A DNA stretch of 64,000 nt, taken from positions 1 through 64,000 of the forward strand of contig DASRGZ010000198.1 of NCBI GenBank assembly GCA_035650735.1, in the 5' to 3' direction. Source of the stretch: Chthonomonadaceae bacterium. Lineage in GTDB: Bacteria > Armatimonadota > Chthonomonadetes > Chthonomonadales > Chthonomonadaceae. Under the pieces are notes generated by a model. That model did not search any database. It saw only the letters and a program-made list of their open reading frames with translations, and was not told the DNA's origin. Position numbers and translations under genes: made by a program. Each line of letters starts with the position of its first letter. Position 1 is the stretch's first letter. This document shows positions 19,598 through 28,836 of this stretch, piece by piece.

Positions 19598-20062
19598 TCA
19601 TGGGCTTTTTGGCTTCTTTGGGGCCGGGCGCAACAGTTGGTCGGATGGTTCCCCGGAGAGAGCTGCCGCGGCAGCGCGCAGCAATTCGCCCGGCAGTCCC
19701 GCCGGTACAGCCTGCGCTATGGCACGCAGCAAGGTCTCCGAATCCGAGGTCGTCTCGCCCTCCAGAGCACGTATCAGGGCGCGCGCCTCCGCGCCGACGG
19801 CCAGCACGCCCTCCGGCTCGCGCAGCGGAAGCCCCTCCGTGCGCACCTGTCCGGAACGCACCATCGCAAACAGCCGCAGGTCGCCTGCCCGTCGCCGTTT
19901 GCCCTCGGTAAGCACCTGGGAAAGCACGAGATCGTCCGCTTGCACCGCGCCGCTGGCGATCCGCCGTAAGAATTCGTTGAACTCCACCGCGATCACCGTT
20001 CCATCGGCCTGGATAAGGATCAATCCATAGCCGCGCTGCGCAAACGCCCAATCGCCGAGCAC
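19598..20062 (-). CDS. Hypothetical protein, N-terminal half GYF_2-like
   Basis: GGGAGG RBS before GTG 20062; EFLRRIASGAVQADDLV...AGDLRLF pattern; longer ORF start lies inside repeats. Confidence 0.6.
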   Translation of the reverse strand: MLGDWAFAQRGYGLILIQADGTVIAVEFNEFLRRIASGAVQADDLVLSQVLTEGKRRRAGDLRLFAMVRSGQVRTEGLPLREPEGVLAVGAEARALIRALEGETTSDSETLLRAIAQAVPAGLPGELLRAAAAALSGEPSDQLLRPAPKKPKSP

Positions 20063-20159
20063 CGTTCTCGCCTCCCGTATCCCCTCCCTGGAATTTCGAC
20101 GTAGTGAGGCGATTCTCCTCTCACGCTGCGCCGGAAGCAGGTTCCTTGCGTTTTCTTTC

Positions 20160-20428
20160 CGGACGGCTGAAGCCGCAGCAACAAAAGCACTAAACCCGCC
20201 TGCGCGGGTTCTGCCCTCACCCCCTTCCCCTACTGCTAGGGTCGGGGCTGCAACGGACTGCAAGGGTCGGCGCTCAACGGTTCGGCCACTGCTAGGGTCG
20301 GCAAGGTTACGGCCCTTGCCTCCGCCTAGCGACAGCCCTCCGCCTAGCGATCCACGCTGCGGGAGAGGGGAGGATGGAGTCGGCGAGGGGCGACTTCGTG
20401 CCTTGGTTGCCGCGAATTCATCCGCCCG
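20160..20428. repeat. Nested repeat cluster: inverted arm pair, central REP hairpin, and composite of 45-bp elements (20232-20350)
   Basis: Arms 20160-20210 and 20379-20428 match 27171-27264; three ACTGC(T/A)AGGGTCGG left ends and two CCTCCGCCTAGCGA right ends. Confidence 0.85.
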
Positions 20429-20465
20429 CAACCGAAAACGAAATGCCCCTGGCCGAAAGAGCCAA

Positions 20466-21539
20466 CTAGAGGACGGTAATAGTCGGCGTTGCCGAGGCAA
20501 GGACACGCCCGATGATCGCCCGCGTCGCGACGTTGTGCGCCTCCAGTTCCGACAGCAGGCGCGGCGCCGCCTCGGCCTCAATGCAGATGGCGAGGCCGCC
20601 GGAGGTCTGCGGGTCCAGCAGCAGGCTCAGGCGGGACGGCGTGGCGCCGTCCCGGACGATCAGGTTCTCGCCCAGATAGGCTCTGTTCTCGCGGTCGCCG
20701 CGCGTGACGTTGCCCTCCGCCGCCAGCCGTTCCGCTTCCGGCAGGGCCGGGACGGCGGCGCTGTCAATTTCCAGGCCGACGCCGCTGGCCCTCGCCAGAT
20801 GATAAAGATGGCCCAGCAGCCCGAACCCGGTCACGTCCGTCGCCGCGTGGATGGGCTCCTCCGGGCCGATGCCGATAGCGCGCATCGCCTCCGCCGCGCC
20901 CGCGTTCAGCGCCGCCATGCTGCGACAGGCGGCCTCCAGCGTGGCCGCGTCGCAGTCATCGAACTTGGCCGCCGTCGTGATAATGCCGGTGCCCAGTGGC
21001 TTAGTAAGCACGATTACGTCGCCGGGCCGCGCGCCCGCGTTCGTGGTAACGTGGTCTGGATCGATCAGGCCGGTGACGGCCAGGCCAAACTTCGGCTCGG
21101 AGTCCTCCACGCTGTGCCCGCCGACCAGCACCGCCCCCGCCTCCGCTACCTTTTCCGCGCCGCCGCGCAGTATCTCCGCCAGCTCGTGCGGATCGCGCTC
21201 CTTGATGGGGAAGCAGAGGATGTTCATGACCGTGATCGGCCTGCCGCCCATCGCGTAGACATCCGAGAGCGAGTTGGCCGCCGCGATCTGCCCGTAGAGA
21301 TACGGGTCATCCACGATGGGCGTAAAGAAGTCCACCGTCTGAACGAGGGCGAGGTCGTCCGTGAGGCGATAGACGCCCGCGTCATCGCCGGTCGTCAGCC
21401 CGACGAGCAGGTTGGCATCTGTGGGTATTTTCAGGTCGCGCAGAACCTGCGCGAGTTGGGCAGGCCCAATCTTGCTGGCTCACCCGGCGCAGCGCACCAG
21501 ATGCGTCAGCCTGGGCCGCTGGTCTATCAATTCGCTCAC
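20466..21539 (-). CDS. selD: Selenophosphate synthetase (selenide, water dikinase), selenoprotein with Sec at codon 20
   Basis: AGGAGGTG RBS, GTG 21539, RLTHLVRCAG-TGA-ASKIGP; DDAGVY, TVDFFTP, DVTGFGLLGH, DPQTSGGL; TGA at 21480-21482. Confidence 0.96.
21451..21475 (-). promoter_or_regulatory. Putative bacterial SECIS hairpin 3' of the selD UGA
   Basis: mRNA UGA GCCA GCAAGAUUGGG-CCUG-CCCAACUCGC forms a stem-loop within 30 nt of UGA. Confidence 0.65.
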
Positions 21540-21601
21540 GCAGCCTCACCTCCTATCTTGAGCGAAGTACCCTTGCTATAAGCATACCCGTTTCACGACC
21601 G

Positions 21602-23551
21602 TTACCGTATTGGGCGTGATGCCTGAAGCTGCGGGTGGTCAACGGTTTGCAGCAACGCCAGGGTCGCCCAGCAGGTGCCATTGAAGGAGGCATACTGGGA
21701 CTGGCCGTGCGGGAACCCGGCATCAAAGTAGTTGTTGGCAGGCAGGGCGCGCTTGTTGACAAACCACGAGCCGTCCTCGTCCTGCGTGCGCAGCAGGAAC
21801 TGCACCCCGCGCGCATAGACAGGATCGGTGACGGCAAGCCCGCCGGCCAGATGCAGCGCGTAGAGGGCCTGTCCTGTGGCGTAGGCGTCGCTCTGCAAGG
21901 TGGGCAACTGTGACCAGCCCCCATCCGGGCGCTGTTCGGCACGCAGCTCCTCCGCTGCCTTCTTGCACTCCTCCGCGCTCGCCCCGGCCCACTTCAGCCC
22001 GAGCAGGCGGAAGGCCTTATCTTCGCTCGTCCTGGTCGGCGTGGCCAGCAGCCAGGCCTTGGCGCGGCTGATGCGCTCGTCGATCTCCTTCGCGTAGGCC
22101 GTCGGGCCGTAGGCGCGCATGGCCCGGATGACCATGGCCGTCATCGTGAAGTAGCTGGACTGCATGGGCACCCGCGGGAGGCCGAAGAGCCAGTGCCCGT
22201 CGGGCAACTGCGTTCGGGCGGCAACCATCGCCATCGCGCCGGTCGCCTCTGTTGCTGGCTGCTTATGCGCCGCCATCCCGGCGAGCACGACCCCATAGTA
22301 GTAGGGGATGTCCCCCATCTCGATCAGGGGGACCTGCTTCATCATCTCTGGATTCTTCAAGGCCTGAAGATGCACAGGACGCAGCGCGCTCACGGCCCCG
22401 TTAATACGCTCCAACTGTGCCCGCTCGACCGCCGGGTCGAGGGCAAACCCGCGCTCATGGGCCGCGCCGGTAGCTATCCGACCGAGACCCTCCTGGTGAC
22501 AGGAGACGCAGCCGGTCCTGCGGTCGAACTCTAGTATGGAGTGCTGGATCGCTTTGAGGCTGAGTTGAATGGCCTCTCTCGGGGCGCGCTGCGAAGCGGC
22601 TGCCGACGTATCTGCTGCGTCCCCCAGCAGGCCGGCGCACTCCGTATGCCCGCGCGCCACAGCCAATGCATGCGCGGTACGCTTCCTGGAATCGGTGGCG
22701 CGCGCATCTGCGCCGCCCTGCAAAAGCGCGCGCGCCACGTCCGAATGGTCTCCATAGGTGGCCGTGAGAAGCAGCGGCGTGCGTCCCTTGTCATCCCGTG
22801 CGTTAGGGTTGGCGCCCTTCTCCAGCAGCAGCCGGACCGATTCTACGTGCCCGTTGGCGGAGGCATACATCAACGGCGTCCAGCCATGCCTGTCGGCGCC
22901 GTCCACTTTCGCGCCTGCCTCCAGGAGAATGCGTGCGACCTCCGTCTGGCCTTCGCGACTGGCGTAGATCAACGGAGTCGCGCCGTCGTTATCGCGGGCG
23001 TTGACATCGGCCTTCCGGCGTATTAGCTCAGCGGCAATATCCGTCAATCCGTGGCGGCAGACCAGCATTAACAGGTTGATTCCGTCCGGACGGACCGCAT
23101 TGATGTCAGCGCCACGAGATATCAAGAGCTGGATGTTGGGCGCGTTTCCCGTCAGGGCGGCGAACAGCAGCGGCGTTCCGTAAGGGGTAACGGGCTCCAA
23201 TTTTGCTCCAGCCTTTAGCAGCGCCTCGACAATGGGCGGCGGTGCGGCGGCGGCTGCAATCTGCAGCGGGGTCATCTGGAGGGCGTTGCGGGCGTTGGGA
23301 TCGGCGCCCTGTTTCAGCAAGGACTGGACGCCTGCGACATTGCCCTGGGCGACCGCAAGGAACAGGTCTTGGCCCAGCTTGCCTCGGGATGTTGCGAATC
23401 CGTCGGCGCTCGAACGGGTGATCTTCTTCTGGCTAGGCGTGCTCTGTGATGACGCCGGTGGGGCGGCGCTTGAGCGGGCCAACGCGGTTACTGCAGCGAA
23501 GGTAAGGGGCAAAAACAGCAGGGACATTCGGAGTCGATAACAGCGCGTCAT
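21602..23551 (-). CDS. Secreted ankyrin-repeat protein with CxxCH and C-terminal prenyltransferase/squalene-cyclase-like repeats
   Basis: Signal peptide; about 8 ankyrin repeats; CVSCH; QLPDGHW, QRPDGGW, QDEDGSW (QW motifs), SDAYATG. Confidence 0.88.
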   Translation of the reverse strand: MTRCYRLRMSLLFLPLTFAAVTALARSSAAPPASSQSTPSQKKITRSSADGFATSRGKLGQDLFLAVAQGNVAGVQSLLKQGADPNARNALQMTPLQIAAAAAPPPIVEALLKAGAKLEPVTPYGTPLLFAALTGNAPNIQLLISRGADINAVRPDGINLLMLVCRHGLTDIAAELIRRKADVNARDNDGATPLIYASREGQTEVARILLEAGAKVDGADRHGWTPLMYASANGHVESVRLLLEKGANPNARDDKGRTPLLLTATYGDHSDVARALLQGGADARATDSRKRTAHALAVARGHTECAGLLGDAADTSAAASQRAPREAIQLSLKAIQHSILEFDRRTGCVSCHQEGLGRIATGAAHERGFALDPAVERAQLERINGAVSALRPVHLQALKNPEMMKQVPLIEMGDIPYYYGVVLAGMAAHKQPATEATGAMAMVAARTQLPDGHWLFGLPRVPMQSSYFTMTAMVIRAMRAYGPTAYAKEIDERISRAKAWLLATPTRTSEDKAFRLLGLKWAGASAEECKKAAEELRAEQRPDGGWSQLPTLQSDAYATGQALYALHLAGGLAVTDPVYARGVQFLLRTQDEDGSWFVNKRALPANNYFDAGFPHGQSQYASFNGTCWATLALLQTVDHPQLQASRPIR

Positions 23552-23992
23552 TGTCATCATCCTTTCCCAGCTTCTCTGGTCCCAGCTTCTCTGGGCACGT
23601 GGTCGGTCCGCACCGGGACCTCCCGTTAATGGAAACCGCCGCTTCCCCTCAAGGAGCACAGGACTTCTTTTTTGCTTAGAGGGCTGGCTACCCAAGTAAG
23701 ATGTGGCTTATTGCACATATTTGCTACCCACTTAACTGTTCCTGCCAGCTTCATAAACTAATTAACTACAGTACGCATAAGCGTGCAGGCGTTAGCTTGG
23801 GCTATCTGGCGGGTAGGCTCCTATCGGGAGAAATGCCGGCGATGCGACACGACAATACAGCGCTAGCGCGTGTCCTGATCAATATATCAAATAAGGAAAG
23901 GGATATGCTGTAGCAAATTTCACACCGTTTCTATCATATAATGCACAATCTACCTCAAGGTCCTTCCGTTCTCGCCCCACTCAGTCCTGTAG

Positions 23993-24988
23993 CTACCCCT
24001 CTCCTTGCGAAAGAGAGGCAGCGGCGGTGAGGGCAGCGCAGACATCGCCGGGAGTGAGGTGCAAGCCGCGTGCCCAATCGGCGGCAGGCATGCGGCGTCC
24101 GCTCTCCGGCTGGACCTCCGTGAGCAGCAGGGCCGTCCCAGCGCCCGCAGCGACCAGCACCCCGGAGGGCGCCCTGCTCAGAGCCAGCACCGTGCCCGGT
24201 AGGGCGTCCCCGACTGACGCCGAAGCGACTTGTGCCGACCAGACCTTGACGCGCCGGCCTTTGATGGCCGCGAACGCTCCCGGCTTGGGCGTGACGCCGC
24301 GTAGGCGGTTGCGGATAACTTCTGCCGGCTCTTCCCAGCGCAGATAGCCGTCTTCCGGGGTGATCGCGGGGGCGTAGGTGGCCAGAGAATCATCCTGCGG
24401 ATGCCGGGCAATCGTCCCGGCAGCCAGACCGTCCAGGGTGTCTACCAGCAGACGCGCGCCGAGCGCGGCGAGCTTGGGCGTGAGCGTGCCGGCGGTATCG
24501 TCCGGCTCAATAGGCACCGACTCGGCCAGCAGGACATCGCCCGTGTCCAGCGTGGCCTCCATCCACATAGTCGTGACGCCGGTGACGGTCTCACCCGCCA
24601 TGATGGCGCGCTGGATCGGGGCCGCACCGCGATATTTGGGCAGCAGCGAGCCGTGGACGTTGATGGGGCCAAGCGGCGGCAGATCCAGCAGCGCCTGCGG
24701 GATGATCTGCCCAAAGGCGGCCAGGGCCAGAACGTCGGGGGCGAGGGCGCGCATCGTCTCGATAAAGCTTGCGGCGCGCACGCGCTTGGGCTGTAGAACC
24801 GTCAGGCCGTGCCGCTCTGCCGTCTTCTTCACCGGCGAGGCGGCAAGCTGACGGCCCCGGCCCTGCGGCTTATCCGGCTGCGTGACGACCGCCAGGATCG
24901 CGTGCCCGGCCTCCAGCAGCGCCTCAAGCGAAGGGACGGCGAACTCCGCTGTCCCGAAAAAGACCACGCGCAACTTGCGCCGCTCCAT
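23993..24988 (-). CDS. fmt: Methionyl-tRNA formyltransferase
   Basis: FFGTAEFA, VTQPDKPQGRG, INVHGSLLPKYRGAAPI, LDTGD. Confidence 0.96.
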   Translation of the reverse strand: MERRKLRVVFFGTAEFAVPSLEALLEAGHAILAVVTQPDKPQGRGRQLAASPVKKTAERHGLTVLQPKRVRAASFIETMRALAPDVLALAAFGQIIPQALLDLPPLGPINVHGSLLPKYRGAAPIQRAIMAGETVTGVTTMWMEATLDTGDVLLAESVPIEPDDTAGTLTPKLAALGARLLVDTLDGLAAGTIARHPQDDSLATYAPAITPEDGYLRWEEPAEVIRNRLRGVTPKPGAFAAIKGRRVKVWSAQVASASVGDALPGTVLALSRAPSGVLVAAGAGTALLLTEVQPESGRRMPAADWARGLHLTPGDVCAALTAAASLSQGEG

Positions 24989-25011
24989 GCGTCTCCCTCC
25001 GCGCCCCGCCG

Positions 25012-25575
25012 CTACTCGCGCGGCGCTCCGTTCTCATCATCGGCGGCAGGGTCGATCACCCACTCCAGCGTGTCGGGGTCGGCCCGGTCAATGAAGAGGA
25101 TGCCGTCCAGGTGATCGATCTCGTGCTGGATGACGCGCGCCTCCAACTCCGAGGCCCGGCGCGTCACCTGCCTGCCGCGCGGGTCAAAGCCTTTGACTCG
25201 TATCTCCATCGCACGGCGCACGCGGCCTTGCAGACCGGGAATCGAGAGGCACCCTTCCGGCGGGTCCCACTGTTCCCCCCGCATCAGCACAATTTTCGGG
25301 TTGACCAGCACGCGCAGCCCCTCGCCGACATCATAGATGATGACGCGGCTGGAGACGCCGATCTGGGGCGCCGCCAGGCCCAGGCCGTTGGCCTCCCGCA
25401 TGATGACGGTCATGCGCTCTGCAAGCTTCTGGATCTCCGGCCCAAAACGCCCTACCGGGCTGGCGACCTGCTGCAAGATCGGATGGCCCAGCTTGACAAT
25501 GGCCTCATGGCGCTGCCACGCCTCCCGCAGTATAGGCGGAATCTCAAGCGGCAGAGTAGAAGTGCTCGTCGGCAT
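25012..25575 (-). CDS. def: Peptide deformylase
   Basis: GLGLAAPQIG, EGCLS, QHEIDHLDG. Confidence 0.96.
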   Translation of the reverse strand: MPTSTSTLPLEIPPILREAWQRHEAIVKLGHPILQQVASPVGRFGPEIQKLAERMTVIMREANGLGLAAPQIGVSSRVIIYDVGEGLRVLVNPKIVLMRGEQWDPPEGCLSIPGLQGRVRRAMEIRVKGFDPRGRQVTRRASELEARVIQHEIDHLDGILFIDRADPDTLEWVIDPAADDENGAPRE

Positions 25576-25919
25576 GATGACGGTATCCCTCACGTCCCGC
25601 ACAGAGCAGGGACAAATCTGCGTACATTATACACCACAATCCGATGGAATGCAGGCCAAAGCCGGCAGCCAATCAGAGGAAAACGCGCAGAGCGTGCGCG
25701 TCTGGCGCAGGCAAGAGCACAATTCCGCTCGGTTTGTTGAAACAGATCGCGTGGTCGTTTCGTCAAACAGATCGAGAACGTATCCATGCCTGGATATGGA
25801 TAGACACCCTCAACCGTGTGGCTCCCTCTCAAAAGGTGTGCGCTTCAGGAGAGGCGTCAATACCAGGGGGAGGGAGGACCTGGATGTGTGGCAAGAGGCG
25901 CTAAGGGAGGGAACCCACC

Positions 25920-26162
25920 ATGCCTGCCGAAGATGCCGAAGCTACCCGCATGGTGCGCGCGCAGATTACGCGCCGCTATGTGGATTCTTCCCAACTCGAT
26001 GTGCGTGTCATACACGGCACCGTCTATCTGCGGGGCGTCCTGCGCCCCCTGCGGACCCACCGGGACATAGACCTGCAAAAGGAGATGGAGACCATCTCCC
26101 ATATCCTGCGCCAGAAACCCGGCATCCGCGAAGTTGTCTGGGAGGCGACCATCCGCGGCTGA
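25920..26162 (+). CDS. Small BON-like domain protein
   Basis: GGAGG RBS; LDVRVIHGTVYLRG and PGIREV; no signal peptide. Confidence 0.75.
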   Translation: MPAEDAEATRMVRAQITRRYVDSSQLDVRVIHGTVYLRGVLRPLRTHRDIDLQKEMETISHILRQKPGIREVVWEATIRG

Positions 26163-26292
26163 GGCCGTTTTGCTGCCAGCGCGCGCCGCTTCCCGCGACC
26201 AGTTTCCGCACTTCTCTTCCGGGGCCGGCAAGGAGAACCCTCCTTGCCGGCCCCTGTCACGCGCTCCATTCTCAACTAAAGGACAGGCCCTG

Positions 26293-27075
26293 GTGATAGA
26301 CCAATCCCTTTCCCATACTCTGCGTATCGTCGGGTTGATCCCGGCACGGCTGGCGGCAACGCGCCTACCGAATAAGCCGTTGATAGAGATAGCAGGCTGG
26401 CCGATGGTGCGCCACGTCTGGGAGCGGGCCCGCCGCGCCCGTGGGCTGACCGAAGTCGCCATCGCTACCCCGGATGAAGAGATCATGCGGGCCGTCGAAG
26501 CGTTCGGGGCGCGGGCTATCCGCACGGCGGCCAGCCACCGCTCCGGCACGGATCGGCTGGCGGAGGCCGCTTTGCATCTGGGATTGGCCCCGGAGGACAT
26601 CGTCGTCAACATCCAGGGGGATGAGCCGCTGCTGGCCCCGACCGCCATCGAAGCCGTCCTCGCTCCGCTGCTGGCCGATCCCGGCCTACCGATGGCAAGC
26701 CTCATGTGTCCATGCCCGTCCGAAGACCTGGAGAACCCCGCCTGCGTCAAAGTCGTCTGCGCCCTCAGTGGCGACGCGCTCTATTTCTCGCGCGCTCGCC
26801 TGCCCTATCCCCGCAATCCCGATGCCGCCGCGCCCGTGATGCAGCATATCGGCCTGTACGCTTACCGCCGTCACTTCCTGGCAGCCTATGCCGCGCTGCC
26901 CCCCACGCCCCTGGAGCAGGCCGAATCCCTGGAACAGCTGCGCGTGCTGGAGCATGGATATCGGATTCGCATGGTGCGCGTGGAGACAGCTCCCATTGGG
27001 GTAGATACCCCGGAAGACCTGGCGCGCGTCCGCCGTCTGCTCGCCGCATCCCCTCCACCGGAGAGCGCCGGATAG
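26293..27075 (+). CDS. kdsB: 3-deoxy-manno-octulosonate cytidylyltransferase
   Basis: IPARLAATRLPNKPL, SGTDR, VNIQGDEP, ALYFSR, HIGLYAY, ESLEQLR, GVDTPED. Confidence 0.95.
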   Translation: MIDQSLSHTLRIVGLIPARLAATRLPNKPLIEIAGWPMVRHVWERARRARGLTEVAIATPDEEIMRAVEAFGARAIRTAASHRSGTDRLAEAALHLGLAPEDIVVNIQGDEPLLAPTAIEAVLAPLLADPGLPMASLMCPCPSEDLENPACVKVVCALSGDALYFSRARLPYPRNPDAAAPVMQHIGLYAYRRHFLAAYAALPPTPLEQAESLEQLRVLEHGYRIRMVRVETAPIGVDTPEDLARVRRLLAASPPPESAG

Positions 27076-27170
27076 CCCTTTTTGCCTGACGACGCCCGGA
27101 AAGGGAGGAATTCGGCCCCGCTATGCCTGACTAGAAAGCTGAGCCGAGGGCCGCCTGCCCCGTCATCGGT

Positions 27171-27324
27171 GGCGGGCGAATGAATTCCTTGCAACAAAAG
27201 CACCAAGTCGGCCTACGCCGACTTAACCCGAACCCGCGCAGGCGGGTTTTGTGCCTTGGTTGCTACTGCCAGTGTCGGCAGGGTTACGGCCCCTGCCTCC
27301 GCCTGGCGAGGCTTTCGCCGCCCG
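27171..27324. repeat. Inverted repeat-arm pair with one 45-bp element inserted (27265-27309)
   Basis: 27231-27264 and 27310-27324 match the reverse complement of the uninterrupted arm at 20160-20210. Confidence 0.85.
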
Positions 27325-27380
27325 AAAAGAAAACGGCAGGACTCTGGCTATCGGCATAAGAGGCAGGAGAGAATTACTAT

Positions 27381-28376
27381 ATGGATAAGGTACGAGTCGG
27401 AATTATCGGAACGGGCGGCATAGCCCAGGGTCACATCAAGCGCCTGATGGCCAATCCCAATGCCGAGGTCGCCGCCCTCTGCGACATCCGGGACGAAGCC
27501 CTCAAGCGCACGGTCGCCAATCATCCCGGCCTGGAGAAGGTTCCCCAGTTCCACGACTTCCGGGACATGCTGGCGAGCGCGAATCTGGATGCCGTCCACA
27601 TTGATACCCCCCACACCACCCACTACGAGCAGATCATGGTCAGCCTCGACCACGGCAAGCACGTCCTCTGCGAGAAGCCGATGGTCTGCTCTGTCGAGCA
27701 CGCGCACAACGTCTTGAACAAGATCAAAGAGACCGGCAAAGTCTTTGTGCTCTCTTACCAGCGGCACTACCAGCCGGAGTTCCTCTATATCCGCGACGCC
27801 ATCGCCGAGGGCAAGATCGGCGAAGTGCAGTTCGTGCAGGGGTTGCAGTGCCAGGGCTGGCTCAAGGGCTGCCGGGGCAGCTGGCGGCACGACCCGGCCT
27901 TCAGCGGCGGCGGCCAGCTCAACGACTCTGGCTCCCATCTGCTGGCCGTGCTGCTCTTTACCACCGGGCTGACCGTGGATCGCGTGGCCGCCTTCATTGA
28001 TAACCTCGGTGTGCCAGTGGACATCAACTCCGCGCTCACCATCGAGTTCGTCGGCGGCGCCCAGGGCAACATCTCGGTCGTCGGCAACGCCCCAACCTGG
28101 CATGAGGACATCACGATCTGGGGAGACAAGGGCATCTTCTTTATGCGCAACGGCAAGCTGGAGGTTTGCGGCGCCGACGGCAAGCGCTTCATGCCGACCG
28201 CCGAGCAGATGCCTCGCGGCAGCGCGCCCGACGATAACTTCATCAACGCCATCCTCGGCAAGGAAGAGGTCGGCTCGCCTGCCATCTGGGGGCTGCGCGT
28301 CATCGAGCTGACGGAGGCTGCCTGGCAGTCTGCCGCCGAGAACCAGATTATGCAGGTCAAGCACATCGGCCTCTAG
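27381..28376 (+). CDS. Gfo/Idh/MocA family oxidoreductase
   Basis: GIIGTGGIA, HVLCEKP, GGGQLNDSGSH. Confidence 0.92.
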   Translation: MDKVRVGIIGTGGIAQGHIKRLMANPNAEVAALCDIRDEALKRTVANHPGLEKVPQFHDFRDMLASANLDAVHIDTPHTTHYEQIMVSLDHGKHVLCEKPMVCSVEHAHNVLNKIKETGKVFVLSYQRHYQPEFLYIRDAIAEGKIGEVQFVQGLQCQGWLKGCRGSWRHDPAFSGGGQLNDSGSHLLAVLLFTTGLTVDRVAAFIDNLGVPVDINSALTIEFVGGAQGNISVVGNAPTWHEDITIWGDKGIFFMRNGKLEVCGADGKRFMPTAEQMPRGSAPDDNFINAILGKEEVGSPAIWGLRVIELTEAAWQSAAENQIMQVKHIGL

Positions 28377-28388
28377 AGAGTGAACCTA

Positions 28389-28801
28389 GACCTCACCCCC
28401 GACCCCTCGTTAGGGTGTAGGGTATAGGGGGTAGGGGATAGGGGGTAGGGGGTAGGGTCGCCCTCATCCCCGGCCCTTCTCTCTGCCAGGGAGAAGGGAG
28501 AGTAGAAGCCAACAAGGTCTCTGCCCACGTAGGTGGGCAGCGGGCCTCGCTAGGCGGAGGGCTGTGGCAAGGCGGAGGCAGGGGCCGTAACCCTGCCGAC
28601 CCTGGCAGTCCATTGCAGGTCCGACCCTAGCAGCGCCCCACAGCGGCAGGGTTTAGCCTGCCGGGGAACAGAAGCCAAGTCCCCCTCTCCCACGCTGCGG
28701 GAGAGGGGAAGGGGGTGAGGATATCCCTATCCCCTACCCCCTATCCCCTACCCCCTATACCCTACACCCTATACCCTAACGAGGGGCCGGGGGGTTAGGT
28801 C
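28389..28801. repeat. 413-bp nested palindromic repeat between convergent genes
   Basis: Outer inverted arms, inverted TAGGG(G/T)N heptamer arrays (28411-28459, 28723-28778), inner REP hairpins, nested 45-bp elements at 28547-28634. Confidence 0.88.
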
Positions 28802-28836
28802 AAACAGAATCCCTGGCGGTGGGCACAAGGGGCAGG

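Noticed and set aside
20232..20350. Repeated ACTGCTAGGGTCGG units as a mini CRISPR array
   Set aside because: Units are 14 bp, spacing is irregular, intervening parts are related hairpins, and no cas genes are present
20466..21335. selD as a truncated 289-aa gene or pseudogene
   Set aside because: The TGA aligns with the catalytic position and tRNA-Sec is adjacent
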